From: Candidatus Bathyarchaeota archaeon
Lineage (GTDB): Archaea > Thermoproteota > Bathyarchaeia > Bathyarchaeales > Bathycorpusculaceae
Length of the DNA stretch: 37,462 nt
Assembly (NCBI GenBank): GCA_026015145.1
Contig: JAOZGY010000057.1
Span: 1-37,462 of the forward strand
Reading direction: 5' to 3'
Below, in pieces: positions 18,932 to 29,226 of this stretch. The position numbers and the translations under genes were made by a program. The notes under the pieces were generated by a model, which worked only from the letters and a program-made list of their open reading frames with translations, did no database searches and was not told where the DNA came from. The stretch's first letter is position 1. Each line of letters starts with the position of its first letter.

Positions 18932-19073
18932 CAAACTTCCCTCCTTCAAATTCCTGATTACCGATGAATTATAGGCTATTCTATTTTTATGATTTATGGA
19001 AGCATTGTCAAGACAAAAATTACCAAAATGTTATATCTAAAGAACACCAAACCAAACTCTTAAGGTATAAAAA

Positions 19074-19691
19074 ATGAGCTTAGAATCAAACAAAACCCTT
19101 GGCGGCGTAGGAGCCATTCTACTAGCCATCCCAATTGCAAATCTCGTCGGAATAATACTAGTCCTAATAGCAATGAAAGGAATGGCAGACCACTACCAAG
19201 ACGACGACATATTCAAAAACGCGCTCTACGGTTTCATATTTGGAATCATCGGCGTAGTTGCACTAATTGCTGTAGGAGTAATGTTTTTTGTTACCTTCTC
19301 AGCTACCATACCATCCACAACCTATCCTCTTGCAGGACTAACAATATTCATACTAGCTTTTGTCACAATGTACATATTCTCACTAATCGGAGCAATATTT
19401 TACAGAAAAGCATTCAACAGTCTTTCAGAAAAATCAAATGAAAAAATGTTTGAAACAGCAGGACTACTCCTGTTAATAGGTGCGATAATCCCAGTAATTG
19501 GAGAAATTCTACGTTTTATTGCATGGATACTTGCAGCAGTCGGATTTTTCTCAATTAGAGTTCCAGTACAAGCAACAATGGGTGAACCTGTCACAAAAAT
19601 TTCTGGCGAAAACAAATTTTGCCAAAATTGTGGAGCTAAAAACAAAAGTGAAGCATCCTTTTGTGAGAAATGTGGCCAGAAATTCAATTGA
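19074..19691 (+). CDS. DUF996-like membrane protein with C-terminal zinc ribbon (205 aa)
   Basis: Multi-TM N-terminal part, then FCQNCGAKNKSEASFCEKCGQKF (CxxC...CxxC). Confidence 0.65.
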   Translation: MSLESNKTLGGVGAILLAIPIANLVGIILVLIAMKGMADHYQDDDIFKNALYGFIFGIIGVVALIAVGVMFFVTFSATIPSTTYPLAGLTIFILAFVTMYIFSLIGAIFYRKAFNSLSEKSNEKMFETAGLLLLIGAIIPVIGEILRFIAWILAAVGFFSIRVPVQATMGEPVTKISGENKFCQNCGAKNKSEASFCEKCGQKFN

Positions 19692-19754
19692 AAACAACCA
19701 TTAAACTTGTTACCCATTTTTTTTAAAAAAAAATAAATGATATTGCTAGAAGAC

Positions 19755-19810
19755 AAAAAAAGAGGAGATGTTTTGGGGTGATATTTTCAATGGTTACGAA
19801 TTCATTTTTA
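19755..19810 (+). repeat. possible degenerate copy of the tRNA-like repeat
   Basis: aaaaaaagaggagatgttttggggtgatattttcaatggttacgaattcattttta keeps the same order as the long copies: A-run, G-rich spacer, ggtgatat, tggt, then acgaattc in place of ttcgaatc. The match is weak. Confidence 0.3.
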
Positions 19811-19899
19811 GATTTAAAAAATACCGGATAGCTTGATTAATCCCATCCATAATATATAGTTTTAAATCAAGAAGATCTTCGAAATTGAGTTGTATTTTC

Positions 19900-20673
19900 A
19901 TGAAAAAACGAATACAGCCTCATATAATGTGTGGTATTGGAGACATAGCAAAATCAGTTTTAATTCCTGGAGATCCAAATCGGGCAGAAAAAATTGCTAC
20001 TTTTTTTGACAATTACAAAAAGGTTGCCGATTATAGAGGATATGTAACATTTACTGGAAATGTCGGCAAAACTGGCATATCTACATGTTCTTCTGGAATA
20101 GGATGTCCTTCTGCGGCAATTGTAGTGGAAGAACTAACTAATATTGGTGCAAAGAATCTGATTAGAGTAGGAACTACTGGAGCTCTTCAACCTGAGATTG
20201 AAATAGGAGATATTGTGATTGCTACAGCTTCTGCCAGGGCAGATGGAGCAACTAATGCGTTTGTGCCTGCAGGCTATCCTGCTGTAGCTGATTTTCAAGT
20301 TGTAAAAGCTCTAATTGAAGCGGCAAAGAGACTTAAGAAAGAGTATCATCTTGGAATTGTTGTAAGTTCAGATGCATATTATGCTGAAAATAAAGATTTT
20401 GTAGAATCTTATAATAAAGCAAATGTTTTGTCTGTGGAAATGGAATCATCTGTACTTTTTACTCTAACAAATATTAAGAAATTAAGAGGAGGAGCAATTC
20501 TAGTAGTAGATAGTAATCTGGTAACTGGAATTAAGAAAGGCGAATTCGAATCTGGTGAAAAAAAAGGAGAATTGGATATACGTGTTCAAGCCTCAATTGA
20601 AGATGAAATTAAAATTGCTATTGAAGCAGTCAAAATCCTTGATAATATATCAGAAAAACTAGAAATACAATGA
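19900..20673 (+). CDS. nucleoside phosphorylase, PNP/UDP family 1 (uridine or purine nucleoside phosphorylase)
   Basis: VLIPGDPNRAEKIA, ISTCSSGIGCPSAAIVVEEL, LIRVGTTGAL and SVEMESSVLF are family-1 nucleoside phosphorylase motifs. The start is set at ATG 19900; TATA-like tttaaatc lies at 19861. Confidence 0.85.
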   Translation: MKKRIQPHIMCGIGDIAKSVLIPGDPNRAEKIATFFDNYKKVADYRGYVTFTGNVGKTGISTCSSGIGCPSAAIVVEELTNIGAKNLIRVGTTGALQPEIEIGDIVIATASARADGATNAFVPAGYPAVADFQVVKALIEAAKRLKKEYHLGIVVSSDAYYAENKDFVESYNKANVLSVEMESSVLFTLTNIKKLRGGAILVVDSNLVTGIKKGEFESGEKKGELDIRVQASIEDEIKIAIEAVKILDNISEKLEIQ

Positions 20674-21600
20674 TTATTCTCTTACATATGGTTTATAATC
20701 ACTGGGAGGAGTAACTTTTCTAATAGCTCCTGCTAAAACAATTATAGTTAGAATATAAGGAAGTGTTAAGATTATCTGTGGTGGAAGTATTCCCAATATC
20801 TGAAGTCTCATTTGTAAAGCATCTGAAAAACCAAACAAAAGACTAGCTCCAAGAGCTCCTGCTGGCATCCAGCCTCCAAAAATCATTGCTGCCAGTGCTA
20901 TAAAACCTCGACCCCCTGTCATTCCCCAAGCAAATAAATTGAGGTGTCCTAGAGAAAGAAAGGCTCCGCCCAATCCGGCTAACATTCCACTAATAATCAC
21001 GCAGAGATATTTGATTCTGTATACATTCACCCCAGCGGTATCTGCGGCAGCAGGATTTTCGCCTACGGCTCTTATTCTTAGTCCAAATGGAGTTTTAAAT
21101 AAAGTAATGTATGAGATTACTACTACAATTATTAGGATGTAAACAAGAGGTGAGTGTTCTCCGATAATCCCGCCAATTATTGGAATATCTTTTATTAAAG
21201 GAATTGATATTGGTTCGATTCCTTGAACAGCATCAGAAGCGCCTCTTGATCCCCAAATTATTTGACTCATATAAGCGGTGAATCCTAGAGCTAAAATGTT
21301 TATTCCCGTTCCGCTTACAATCTGGTTTCCAGCGAATTTTATTGTTATTAATCCGTGAAGCAGTCCTAGCAAAGCACCAATTAAGATTGCCATTAAAACC
21401 CCTAACCAAGGATTCCCCAGGAAATGAGTTGTAGCAACCGCACTAAATGCACAAGTTAGCATCATGCCTTCTAAACCAATATTAATAATTCCTGCTCTTT
21501 CTGAGAATATGCCTCCAAGTGCTGCAAACGCTATAGGTGTTGCCATTCTTATTGCAGCTGCAAATAATCCAACAGTAATTAAATCAAAGATTTCAATCAT
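20674..21600 (-). CDS. ABC transporter permease (BMP/nucleoside-type, NupQ/YufQ-like)
   Basis: Multi-TM protein of the branched-chain/sugar permease fold. It overlaps the upstream permease gene by 8 nt and is the last gene of a four-gene operon. Confidence 0.88.
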   Translation of the reverse strand: MIEIFDLITVGLFAAAIRMATPIAFAALGGIFSERAGIINIGLEGMMLTCAFSAVATTHFLGNPWLGVLMAILIGALLGLLHGLITIKFAGNQIVSGTGINILALGFTAYMSQIIWGSRGASDAVQGIEPISIPLIKDIPIIGGIIGEHSPLVYILIIVVVISYITLFKTPFGLRIRAVGENPAAADTAGVNVYRIKYLCVIISGMLAGLGGAFLSLGHLNLFAWGMTGGRGFIALAAMIFGGWMPAGALGASLLFGFSDALQMRLQILGILPPQIILTLPYILTIIVLAGAIRKVTPPSDYKPYVRE

Positions 21601-22690
21601 TTTTAGCCCTTCTTTTGCGTAGATATTTTATAATTACTGGAGCTGCTACAAACAAAATTACCAAACCTTGAAGAATTGTCACAATATCAATAGGTACGCC
21701 AGTAACTCTATTCATGGTCATACCTCCACTTCTTAATATTCCAAATAATAGTGCTGCTAAAAGAGCGCCTATTGGATTTAATCCTCCGATTAGAGCTACA
21801 GCTAAGCCATCCCAACCATAACCAGGAGAAAATCCATCAATAAAACGTCTATGAACTCCTAAAACCTCACCTGCTCCTCCTAAACCAGCAAGAGCTCCAC
21901 TAATAACCAATGCAATAATCAAGCCTCTCTTAACGTTGATCCCAGCATTTTCAGCTGCTAAAGGATTTAATCCTATTGCTCTTACTTCGTATCCTAAAAT
22001 GGTTTTTTGAAGAACATAAGAAGTTAAACCAACTAAAATTATCCCTAAAAATAGTGAAGCGGAAAGTTGTGTTGGTGGTAATATTCGAGGCAGTTCAGCG
22101 GATGTTGTAATTAGTGGAGTTTGAGCAACCCATCCCTCAGCTCGGAATACATCATTTGCAAGATATCCAGTTACGTAGATTGCAACATAAGTTAGCATCA
22201 TAGTTGTTATCACTTCGTGAGCGCCCAGTTCTGTTTTCAAAAGAGCAGGAATTAAAGCCCAAAGACCTCCAACAACAGCGCCAACTAAGAGAGCTAATGG
22301 GATATGGATTATGCTTGGTAAACCATTAAAAGATATACCGACAATAGCTGCAGCAAAAGCTCCTACGAGGAATTGACCCTCTGCACCAATGTTGAAGAGA
22401 CCTGCTTTGAACGCAAATAAAAAGGCTAAAGCCGTGAAAACTATTGGTGTAGTTTGAGTTAAGGTTTGGCCAAGACCATAAATATCCCCAAATGCTCCAG
22501 CAAGAAGTGAACCATATGCTTCTATTGGTGAGAAACCACTAACCAAGAGAACTAGAGCACCTACTAGTAATGCAATAGATATTGCAATTAATTGTGGCAA
22601 TATTGTCTTGAATTCTAGTTTGAGTTTTTCAAAAATTCTGGAGGCAAGCTCTAGTATATTTATATCGAATTTTTTTGATTTTTCATTCAT
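21593..22690 (-). CDS. ABC transporter permease (BMP/nucleoside-type, NupP/YufP-like)
   Basis: Multi-TM protein with a FNIGAEGQ motif. There is a 4-nt ATGA overlap with the upstream ATPase gene. Confidence 0.88.
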   Translation of the reverse strand: MNEKSKKFDINILELASRIFEKLKLEFKTILPQLIAISIALLVGALVLLVSGFSPIEAYGSLLAGAFGDIYGLGQTLTQTTPIVFTALAFLFAFKAGLFNIGAEGQFLVGAFAAAIVGISFNGLPSIIHIPLALLVGAVVGGLWALIPALLKTELGAHEVITTMMLTYVAIYVTGYLANDVFRAEGWVAQTPLITTSAELPRILPPTQLSASLFLGIILVGLTSYVLQKTILGYEVRAIGLNPLAAENAGINVKRGLIIALVISGALAGLGGAGEVLGVHRRFIDGFSPGYGWDGLAVALIGGLNPIGALLAALLFGILRSGGMTMNRVTGVPIDIVTILQGLVILFVAAPVIIKYLRKRRAKND

Positions 22691-24201
22691 GCTTTAGCAC
22701 CACCCATTAATAACCCTATTTCTTGCCTGTTGGTTTCTTTAGGATCTTTTATGGCAACAATTTTTCCTTCAAACATCACCGCTATTCTATCGCTAACCAG
22801 AAATATTTCATCAAGGTCAGTTGATATTAAAATAATTGCGCATCCCTGATCTCTCATCTCTATAAGTTTGGCGTGAACATATTCTGTTGCTCCAACATCT
22901 AATCCCCTGGTAGGTTGAGACACTATAATTAGTCTTGGATTTTTACTAAATTCTCTTGCTACAACCACTCTTTGTTGAGTTCCTCCTGATAAATATCGAG
23001 CTTTAGTGTCTTTGTTAGGCGTTTTAATTAAGAAAGCTTTTATAATTTTTTTAGCAAAATCAACTACTTTTGAAAAATTAATTCTAATTTTATCAATTGA
23101 AAAAGGTGAGATATCTTGACTCCCTAAGATTAAATTTTCCATTACTGAAAAGTCTAATATTAATCCTCTTTTTTGCCTATCTTGGGGTATATGAGAAATC
23201 CCAAGCTTTATTCTTTCTTTTGGGGATATCCCTGTAATATTTACATCGTTTAAAATTATTTTTCCTTCGCGGATTTTTCTTAATCCAGTTATTACTTCTA
23301 CTAATTCAGTTTGCCCGTTTCCTTGAACACCAGCTATTCCTAAGATTTGAAATTTCTTACTATTTAGGTTCACACCTTTTAAAGCGGGGATTCCTCTGTC
23401 ATTAAGAGTTTTTAGATTTTCAATTTTTAGAACAGTTTTTCCTTTTTTAGCTTTTGTTTTTTGGTAGGATAGTTTCACCTCTCTGCCTACCATCATTTTT
23501 GCTAGTTCGTTTTGGTTTGTTTCAGAAGTTTTTATTGTACCTACTACTTTTCCTTTTCTTAGAACTGTAATTTTGTCACATATTTGTAATACTTCTTTTA
23601 GTTTATGTGAGATGAAAACTATAGCTTTTCCTTGATCTTTTAGAGCCTGAATTGCTTTAAATAATTCGTCTACCTCTTGAGGAGTAAGAACTGACGTAGG
23701 CTCATCTAGTATTAAGATCTCAGCTCCTTGATATAATGTCTTTAGAATCTCAACTCGTTGTTGCATACCTACAGTTAAAGTATAGATTGGAGAGTCCAAA
23801 GGTATGCATAGGTCATATTGGTCACAAAAAACTGAGACTTGTTTGAGAGTTTTTTTCATATCCAAGAAAAATTTCTTGGTTACAAGTTCTCGTCCTAAGA
23901 TTATGTTTTCCACTACTGTTAAGTGGGGAACCAACATGAAATGTTGGTGAACCATCCCAATGCCTAATCCGATTGCCTTGGATGGGCAATCAATCCTCTC
24001 TTCATTTCCGTTCACCAATATTTTGCCTTTATCTGGAGTATGCATTCCATAAAGAGTCTTCATTAAAACTGATTTTCCAGCTCCATTCTCACCTAATAGG
24101 CCATGAATTTCTCCTTTTTCTAAAGAAAAATCAATATTGTCATTAGCAATAACTCCTGGAAAAGTTACAACAATATCTTTCATCTCAATAACTAATGTCA
24201 T
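22687..24201 (-). CDS. ABC transporter ATP-binding protein with two fused ABC cassettes
   Basis: Cassette 1 has GENGAGKS, TVGMQQRVEI and ILILDEPT. Cassette 2 has GVQGNGQTEL, LSGGTQQRVVV and LIIVSQPTRGLD. Confidence 0.93.
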   Translation of the reverse strand: MTLVIEMKDIVVTFPGVIANDNIDFSLEKGEIHGLLGENGAGKSVLMKTLYGMHTPDKGKILVNGNEERIDCPSKAIGLGIGMVHQHFMLVPHLTVVENIILGRELVTKKFFLDMKKTLKQVSVFCDQYDLCIPLDSPIYTLTVGMQQRVEILKTLYQGAEILILDEPTSVLTPQEVDELFKAIQALKDQGKAIVFISHKLKEVLQICDKITVLRKGKVVGTIKTSETNQNELAKMMVGREVKLSYQKTKAKKGKTVLKIENLKTLNDRGIPALKGVNLNSKKFQILGIAGVQGNGQTELVEVITGLRKIREGKIILNDVNITGISPKERIKLGISHIPQDRQKRGLILDFSVMENLILGSQDISPFSIDKIRINFSKVVDFAKKIIKAFLIKTPNKDTKARYLSGGTQQRVVVAREFSKNPRLIIVSQPTRGLDVGATEYVHAKLIEMRDQGCAIILISTDLDEIFLVSDRIAVMFEGKIVAIKDPKETNRQEIGLLMGGAKA

Positions 24202-24246
24202 TGATCTTCAAAAAAAAGAGAAGGGTATAAAGATTTAACATTTATC

Positions 24247-25290
24247 CTAGTATGCGGTAGGTACGATTATCTCACCGGAGATAATTTTGGTTCTAGCTTC
24301 TAATATTTTTTCTTCTACTCCAGTTTCTAGTGGTTCATGCGTGAAATCAAATTCTTCTTCCCAGAAGCCTTCTTCGTCAGGTAATCTGCAGACGCCAACC
24401 CATCCTTCAGCAAGACCTTTATTGTAGATTCCACCTTCAAAAGTGTCTTCAATAGCTGCTTCTATCATCTCATAAACTGCAATATCAACTCTCTTAGTTG
24501 TACTAACTGGTATATTTTGAACATATAGATAGCATTGACATGCGTCTACACCAAAACCTGTGACGTCCTCTTCATTTACAGCATCTAATGCACCTAAACC
24601 ACTTTTTCCTGCTGCAATAAATATTCCATCTGCTCCAAGATCAACTAATGATTTTGCCAATTCTTTTCCTTTTGTTGGATCACCCCAGTCACCAACATAA
24701 ACCGGCTCTAACACTGTTACTTCCGTATCCACCCATTGTACGCCAGCTTCATATCCTAAATAGAAATCATTGATAAGATCTATGTCCATGCCTCCAACGA
24801 ATCCTACGTTTCCAGTATCTGTTATCATTCCAGCGGCTACCCCAACCAGAAATGATGCTTCATTAGATTTGAAAAGAAGCGAAGCCACATTAGGTTGTAC
24901 CACAACCATGTCAACTATGGCGAAGTTCTGATCTGGATATTCTTGAGAAACGACGGTTAACGCGTCTGCTTGATCAAAACCTACACAAATGATTATTTCA
25001 TAATCACCTGATTTAGCAAAATCTCGTTGGAATCCTTCATATTGAGCTATGGCTTCAGGTTCTACGAAATCAAAGTCTATTCCTAGTTCTTCTTTTGCTC
25101 GTTGAACACCTGCATATGATATGTCGTTAAATGATTTATCTCCCAAGCCTCCTGTTGCAATTATTAGACCTACCTTTTTTTCTGCTGGTTCTTGTGGTAA
25201 CGCAAAGTAATATACTGCGACTGCGGCTATTCCGATTATTATTATCACAGCTAAAGCAATAATTGTATTTGAAATCCCCTTACTTTTCAT
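24247..25290 (-). CDS. BMP-family (PnrA/Med-like) substrate-binding protein, membrane anchored
   Basis: An N-terminal TM anchor is followed by KVGLIIATGGLGDKSFND and VGFVGG, typical of basic membrane protein / nucleoside-binding SBPs. The start is placed at ATG 25290; the track gives TTG 25305. Confidence 0.88.
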   Translation of the reverse strand: MKSKGISNTIIALAVIIIIGIAAVAVYYFALPQEPAEKKVGLIIATGGLGDKSFNDISYAGVQRAKEELGIDFDFVEPEAIAQYEGFQRDFAKSGDYEIIICVGFDQADALTVVSQEYPDQNFAIVDMVVVQPNVASLLFKSNEASFLVGVAAGMITDTGNVGFVGGMDIDLINDFYLGYEAGVQWVDTEVTVLEPVYVGDWGDPTKGKELAKSLVDLGADGIFIAAGKSGLGALDAVNEEDVTGFGVDACQCYLYVQNIPVSTTKRVDIAVYEMIEAAIEDTFEGGIYNKGLAEGWVGVCRLPDEEGFWEEEFDFTHEPLETGVEEKILEARTKIISGEIIVPTAY

Positions 25291-25392
25291 GTTTTTCCCT
25301 ACCAATTCAATTATATGAAAATCTTTTAAAGCCTTTTGATTGACCTGAACATGAACATTTGATACAAATATTCACCTTAGGCGGACTGTTTT

Positions 25393-26772
25393 ATGAATAA
25401 GTTAAGGCTATTTGGAACATCAGGTATTCGAGGAAAAGCCATAGTGGAAATGACTCCCAAGCTAGCAGCAAAACTTGGATTAACTTTTGCTTCCTTTCTT
25501 GGAAATAAGGGAACAGTTATAGTTGGAAGAGATGTAAGATTAACTGCAAAAGCGCTATCCAATGCGATTATTTCCGGTCTCAATTCCGGTGGCGTGAACG
25601 TTGAAGATTGCAATATCGCCCCAACTCCAGCAATTCTGTGGGCTCTTAAGAAAAAAAAATTGGATGCAGCAATTGCAGTCACAGGAAGCCACGCTCCAAA
25701 AAACATAATTGGATTCTTGTTTTTTAAAAAAGATACATCAGAGCTTTCACAAACAGATTCGAGTATATTTGAAAAATTATTTGTTAATAAAATTAAAAAA
25801 GTTCCTTGGAATCAAGTTGGAAAAAAAATTCAAGTTGACATTTCTAATCTTTATCTTCAAAGCGTTCTTGAACATGTAAACATTAATAAAATATCTTCTT
25901 TGAAGTCTACGATTGTTTTAGATCCTGGTAACGGAGCATCAACTAATTATGCCTCTAAAATCTTTAATGCTGTAAATATTAAAACGGCTATTATTAATTG
26001 TGATCCTAATGGATCGTTTCCTAATAGAGATCCATACCCAAGACCTGAAGTATTAGGCAGTTTATCTAATAAAGTAAAGGAGCTAAAAGCAGATCTGGGC
26101 TCCGCAACAGATGGAGATGGAGATCGAGCTATTTTTGTTGACGACCAAGGAAAAATACTTTGGGGAGATCAATCAGCAGCCATCTTTGCTAAAAACGCAT
26201 TAATAAAGTCGCAGGGCGGAGTTATTGTAGCACCAATTAACTCTTCAAGATTGATAAACTGGATATGCAACAATAATAATGGAAAACTTGTTTTTTCCAA
26301 AATTGGTCCACCTGCAATTGTTAATTCCATTAAAAAAGAAAACGCACTAATGGGAATAGAAGAAACTGGCAAAAACATTTGGACAAATACAATTCTTTAC
26401 GGAGATTGGATACTATCAACACTTAAGATGCTTGAAATTATCAAAGAAATGCAAAGTTCACTATCTGATATTGTAAAAACATTTCCACAATATTATATGA
26501 AAAAAACAATGTACTCTTGCCCAGAACACACAAAGCAGGCTGTATTAGCCAAAGCCCTAAAAGAGTGGCAAAAAAGAAAAGAAAAAGCCAAAATCATCAC
26601 AATCGACGGGCTAAGAATTAATTATTCAGATGGATCATGGATACTATTTAGACCAAGTGGAACAGAACCTGTTTTTAGAGTCTACACTGAAAGCACAAAA
26701 GCTAGCAGGACTAAAGAACTAGCAAATATAGGTTCAAAAATAATCACTAAATCAATACAGCTTACAAGTTGA
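25393..26772 (+). CDS. phosphohexomutase-superfamily enzyme (PGM/PMM/GlmM-like; possibly phosphopentomutase)
   Basis: FGTSGIRG, an active-site Ser loop AVTGSHAPKN (canonical SHNP reads SHAP), the metal loop ATDGDGDRA, and C-terminal FRPSGTEP. Confidence 0.85.
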   Translation: MNKLRLFGTSGIRGKAIVEMTPKLAAKLGLTFASFLGNKGTVIVGRDVRLTAKALSNAIISGLNSGGVNVEDCNIAPTPAILWALKKKKLDAAIAVTGSHAPKNIIGFLFFKKDTSELSQTDSSIFEKLFVNKIKKVPWNQVGKKIQVDISNLYLQSVLEHVNINKISSLKSTIVLDPGNGASTNYASKIFNAVNIKTAIINCDPNGSFPNRDPYPRPEVLGSLSNKVKELKADLGSATDGDGDRAIFVDDQGKILWGDQSAAIFAKNALIKSQGGVIVAPINSSRLINWICNNNNGKLVFSKIGPPAIVNSIKKENALMGIEETGKNIWTNTILYGDWILSTLKMLEIIKEMQSSLSDIVKTFPQYYMKKTMYSCPEHTKQAVLAKALKEWQKRKEKAKIITIDGLRINYSDGSWILFRPSGTEPVFRVYTESTKASRTKELANIGSKIITKSIQLTS

Positions 26773-26780
26773 AGGTACAA

Positions 26781-27575
26781 CTAAAAAGTTCTATAAATAT
26801 CTGGCTTTGAAAGAGACAAGATCGGGATTAGCTTTCTTGATTCCAAAATACGCTCATAATCTAATTCAACTACAAAGCTCTCCTCTTCTTCACCAATTTT
26901 TTTTAGCACGGTTGCAAAAGGAGATGTAATAATACTGTGACCAATAAAAAAAGGATTTGTTTGATCAACCGCAACAAGATAGGCTCCATTTTCATGCGCT
27001 CTTGATAGGGCTAAAACTTGCCACTGCTCTACTTTGTATTTGCCTTTATACCAAGCTGAAGGAACAATAAAAAGATCAGCACCTTTGTATGCCATAGCTC
27101 TAAAAAGTTCTGGAAATCTAAGATCAAAACAAACTGCTAATCCAATCTTAAAACCTTTAATTGTGGCTAGAACTATTTCATTTCCCGGCGAAAATATCCT
27201 GGACTCATTATACCCAAAAGCATCAAAAAGATGTATTTTCTTGTAAAGTGCTTTGATTTTGCCTTTTTCTACAAGAATCGCAGCATTAAAGATCCCAGTG
27301 TTTTCCTTTAGAAAAACTGTAAATACTACCGCCAAATTTAGTTCACGAGTTTTTTCCAAAACCTTAGTCACAAACGGACCATCTAAACTCTCTGCGTTTT
27401 TCTTAACAAAAACCGGAGTTAAACCGTTAACCAGATTACCCATTGAATATTCAGGAAAAACATGAATTTGGGCATTTACCTTTTCTAAAGTTCTTAGTAT
27501 TCTATTCAAGTTTTCATGTTTATTTGAAGAAAAAGATATCTGATGACAAGCTATAACTAATTTCATATTTTTCAC
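26781..27575 (-). CDS. carbon-nitrogen hydrolase (nitrilase superfamily)
   Basis: Glu in FPEYSM, Lys in YKKIHLFD, and the catalytic Cys in GLAVCFDLRFPELFR. Confidence 0.85.
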   Translation of the reverse strand: MKNMKLVIACHQISFSSNKHENLNRILRTLEKVNAQIHVFPEYSMGNLVNGLTPVFVKKNAESLDGPFVTKVLEKTRELNLAVVFTVFLKENTGIFNAAILVEKGKIKALYKKIHLFDAFGYNESRIFSPGNEIVLATIKGFKIGLAVCFDLRFPELFRAMAYKGADLFIVPSAWYKGKYKVEQWQVLALSRAHENGAYLVAVDQTNPFFIGHSIITSPFATVLKKIGEEEESFVVELDYERILESRKLIPILSLSKPDIYRTF

Positions 27576-27815
27576 TCTTTCCTATTACCAGTATTATTAA
27601 GGTCTCATTTAAGAAAACATTAGATTCTTCATGGATAAATTCTTCTGTATAAAAAAGACTGGAGAGTGGCAATAGACAAAACTTAACGTTCTCTACTAAA
27701 TGCTTCTTTTTGTATAATGAATTTTTTATAATCTATTACGCCTTTGCCTACGCAAAAAGCTGATATAGAGTCCTATATAGAAAGAAGAAACATAATATTT
27801 CATAGGAGATATTTC

Positions 27816-28523
27816 ATGACCAAAGCATTGTTCTTAGTTGATAGTTACCTAAAAGAATCCCCCGCAACTGTAGTTTCTGTCAAAGATGAAAAGTACATAA
27901 TTCTAGACCAAACGCTCTTCTATCCTAAAGGGGGAGGTCAACCCCACGACACGGGTAAGATAATCAAAGGTCGTGAGATATACAACGTTGTGTATGTTGG
28001 CAAGTTTTTAGGTGAAATCTCCCACGAAGTCGACAATTCTGGTCTCAAAGCAGGAGATAAGGTCTACTGCATGCTAAACTGGAAAAGAAGATACAAACTA
28101 ATGCGCAGTCATACAGCTGCCCATGTTCTCGCTTTTCTTCTTCACAAAGGCACCGGGGCACTAATAACTGGAAACCAGCTTGAAGAAGATCACGTTCGGT
28201 TCGACTTTAGTTTGAAAAAATTCGACAAGAGTCTTCTAGAGGCTTACCTTGTAAAAGCAAACAAGTTATACAAAGCAAACATCCCTGTGAAATGGTATGA
28301 GTTACCCAGAGAAGAAGCTATGAAAATCCCTGGGATAGTTAAGATGGCATCAGCTTTTCCCCCTAATCTTCCAACCTTAAGAATTGTTGAAATCGTTGGC
28401 ATTGATAGGCAAGCAGACGGTGGTACCCACGTCAGAAATCTAAGAGAGATAGAAGAGGTCAAACTTGTCAAAACAGTGAACAAGGGAAAAAATAACAGAC
28501 GGATATATTTTAAACTAAACTAA
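27816..28523 (+). CDS. alaX: AlaX-type alanyl-tRNA editing protein (tRNA_SAD domain)
   Basis: Zinc/editing motifs HTAAHVL and ADGGTHV, with FYPKGGGQPHDTG near the N-terminus. The start is set at ATG 27816; the track ORF begins at TTG 27744. Confidence 0.85.
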   Translation: MTKALFLVDSYLKESPATVVSVKDEKYIILDQTLFYPKGGGQPHDTGKIIKGREIYNVVYVGKFLGEISHEVDNSGLKAGDKVYCMLNWKRRYKLMRSHTAAHVLAFLLHKGTGALITGNQLEEDHVRFDFSLKKFDKSLLEAYLVKANKLYKANIPVKWYELPREEAMKIPGIVKMASAFPPNLPTLRIVEIVGIDRQADGGTHVRNLREIEEVKLVKTVNKGKNNRRIYFKLN

Positions 28524-28563
28524 AAATAAGGAAAAATTCTTTTTTTAAAAAAAAACTATCTAT

Positions 28564-29226
28564 TTAGAAAGCGCCAAAGTCTTGGTCATTGAAATAGAAA
28601 ATTGCTTCGAATCCAGAAAGATTTGTCATATCACCAATGAATATTTCAAAACCGCTACCTTGGGGTTCAATATTATATTGCATGTCATTCCAGATTAGTC
28701 TAACCCATGCATGATGTTGATTGTTTTGCTCTCCAATTACGACATATACACTATCAGTTGTCCATCCATTGGATCGTAGTAATGAGCATAAAAGTATTGA
28801 GAAATCTTCACAGTCTCCTGTTTCTAAGTATATTGTTTCGTTTGAGAATTGCCAATATTCTCTTTCATTGTGAATTTCAGAATCGCTTTTGTATTGTATT
28901 CTATTTCCAACCCAATCTCTTAGCGCCATCCAGTCAGGAGTTAATAATGCTAGGTTGTCTTGTAGTATTTCATCTCTTAAATTAACAACGCTGGGATCTT
29001 GGGGTGTAATAAATGAATAGCATAATGTTTCATCAAATACTCTTAGAACATTCTCGTCTACTATGTTTAATTCAGGTCCTGAGTCTTGATCAGTTTGATC
29101 TTGTGAATTATTGGAGATTAATGATAAAAAGCTTTGAATTTGATCTCTAAAGGTGAACGGGGCAACTGCAAATAATAAGACTACAACGATTATGATAAAA
29201 CCAATAATAGTTTTGTTCATTATCAA
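28564..29226 (-). CDS. membrane-anchored transglutaminase-like cysteine protease fold protein
   Basis: An N-terminal TM helix is followed by GDCEDFSILLCSLLRSNGW ... HHAWVRL, matching the transglutaminase-core Cys/His pattern (G.C.dFa.l...llRa.G ... HaWv). Confidence 0.6.
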   Translation of the reverse strand: MIMNKTIIGFIIIVVVLLFAVAPFTFRDQIQSFLSLISNNSQDQTDQDSGPELNIVDENVLRVFDETLCYSFITPQDPSVVNLRDEILQDNLALLTPDWMALRDWVGNRIQYKSDSEIHNEREYWQFSNETIYLETGDCEDFSILLCSLLRSNGWTTDSVYVVIGEQNNQHHAWVRLIWNDMQYNIEPQGSGFEIFIGDMTNLSGFEAIFYFNDQDFGAF

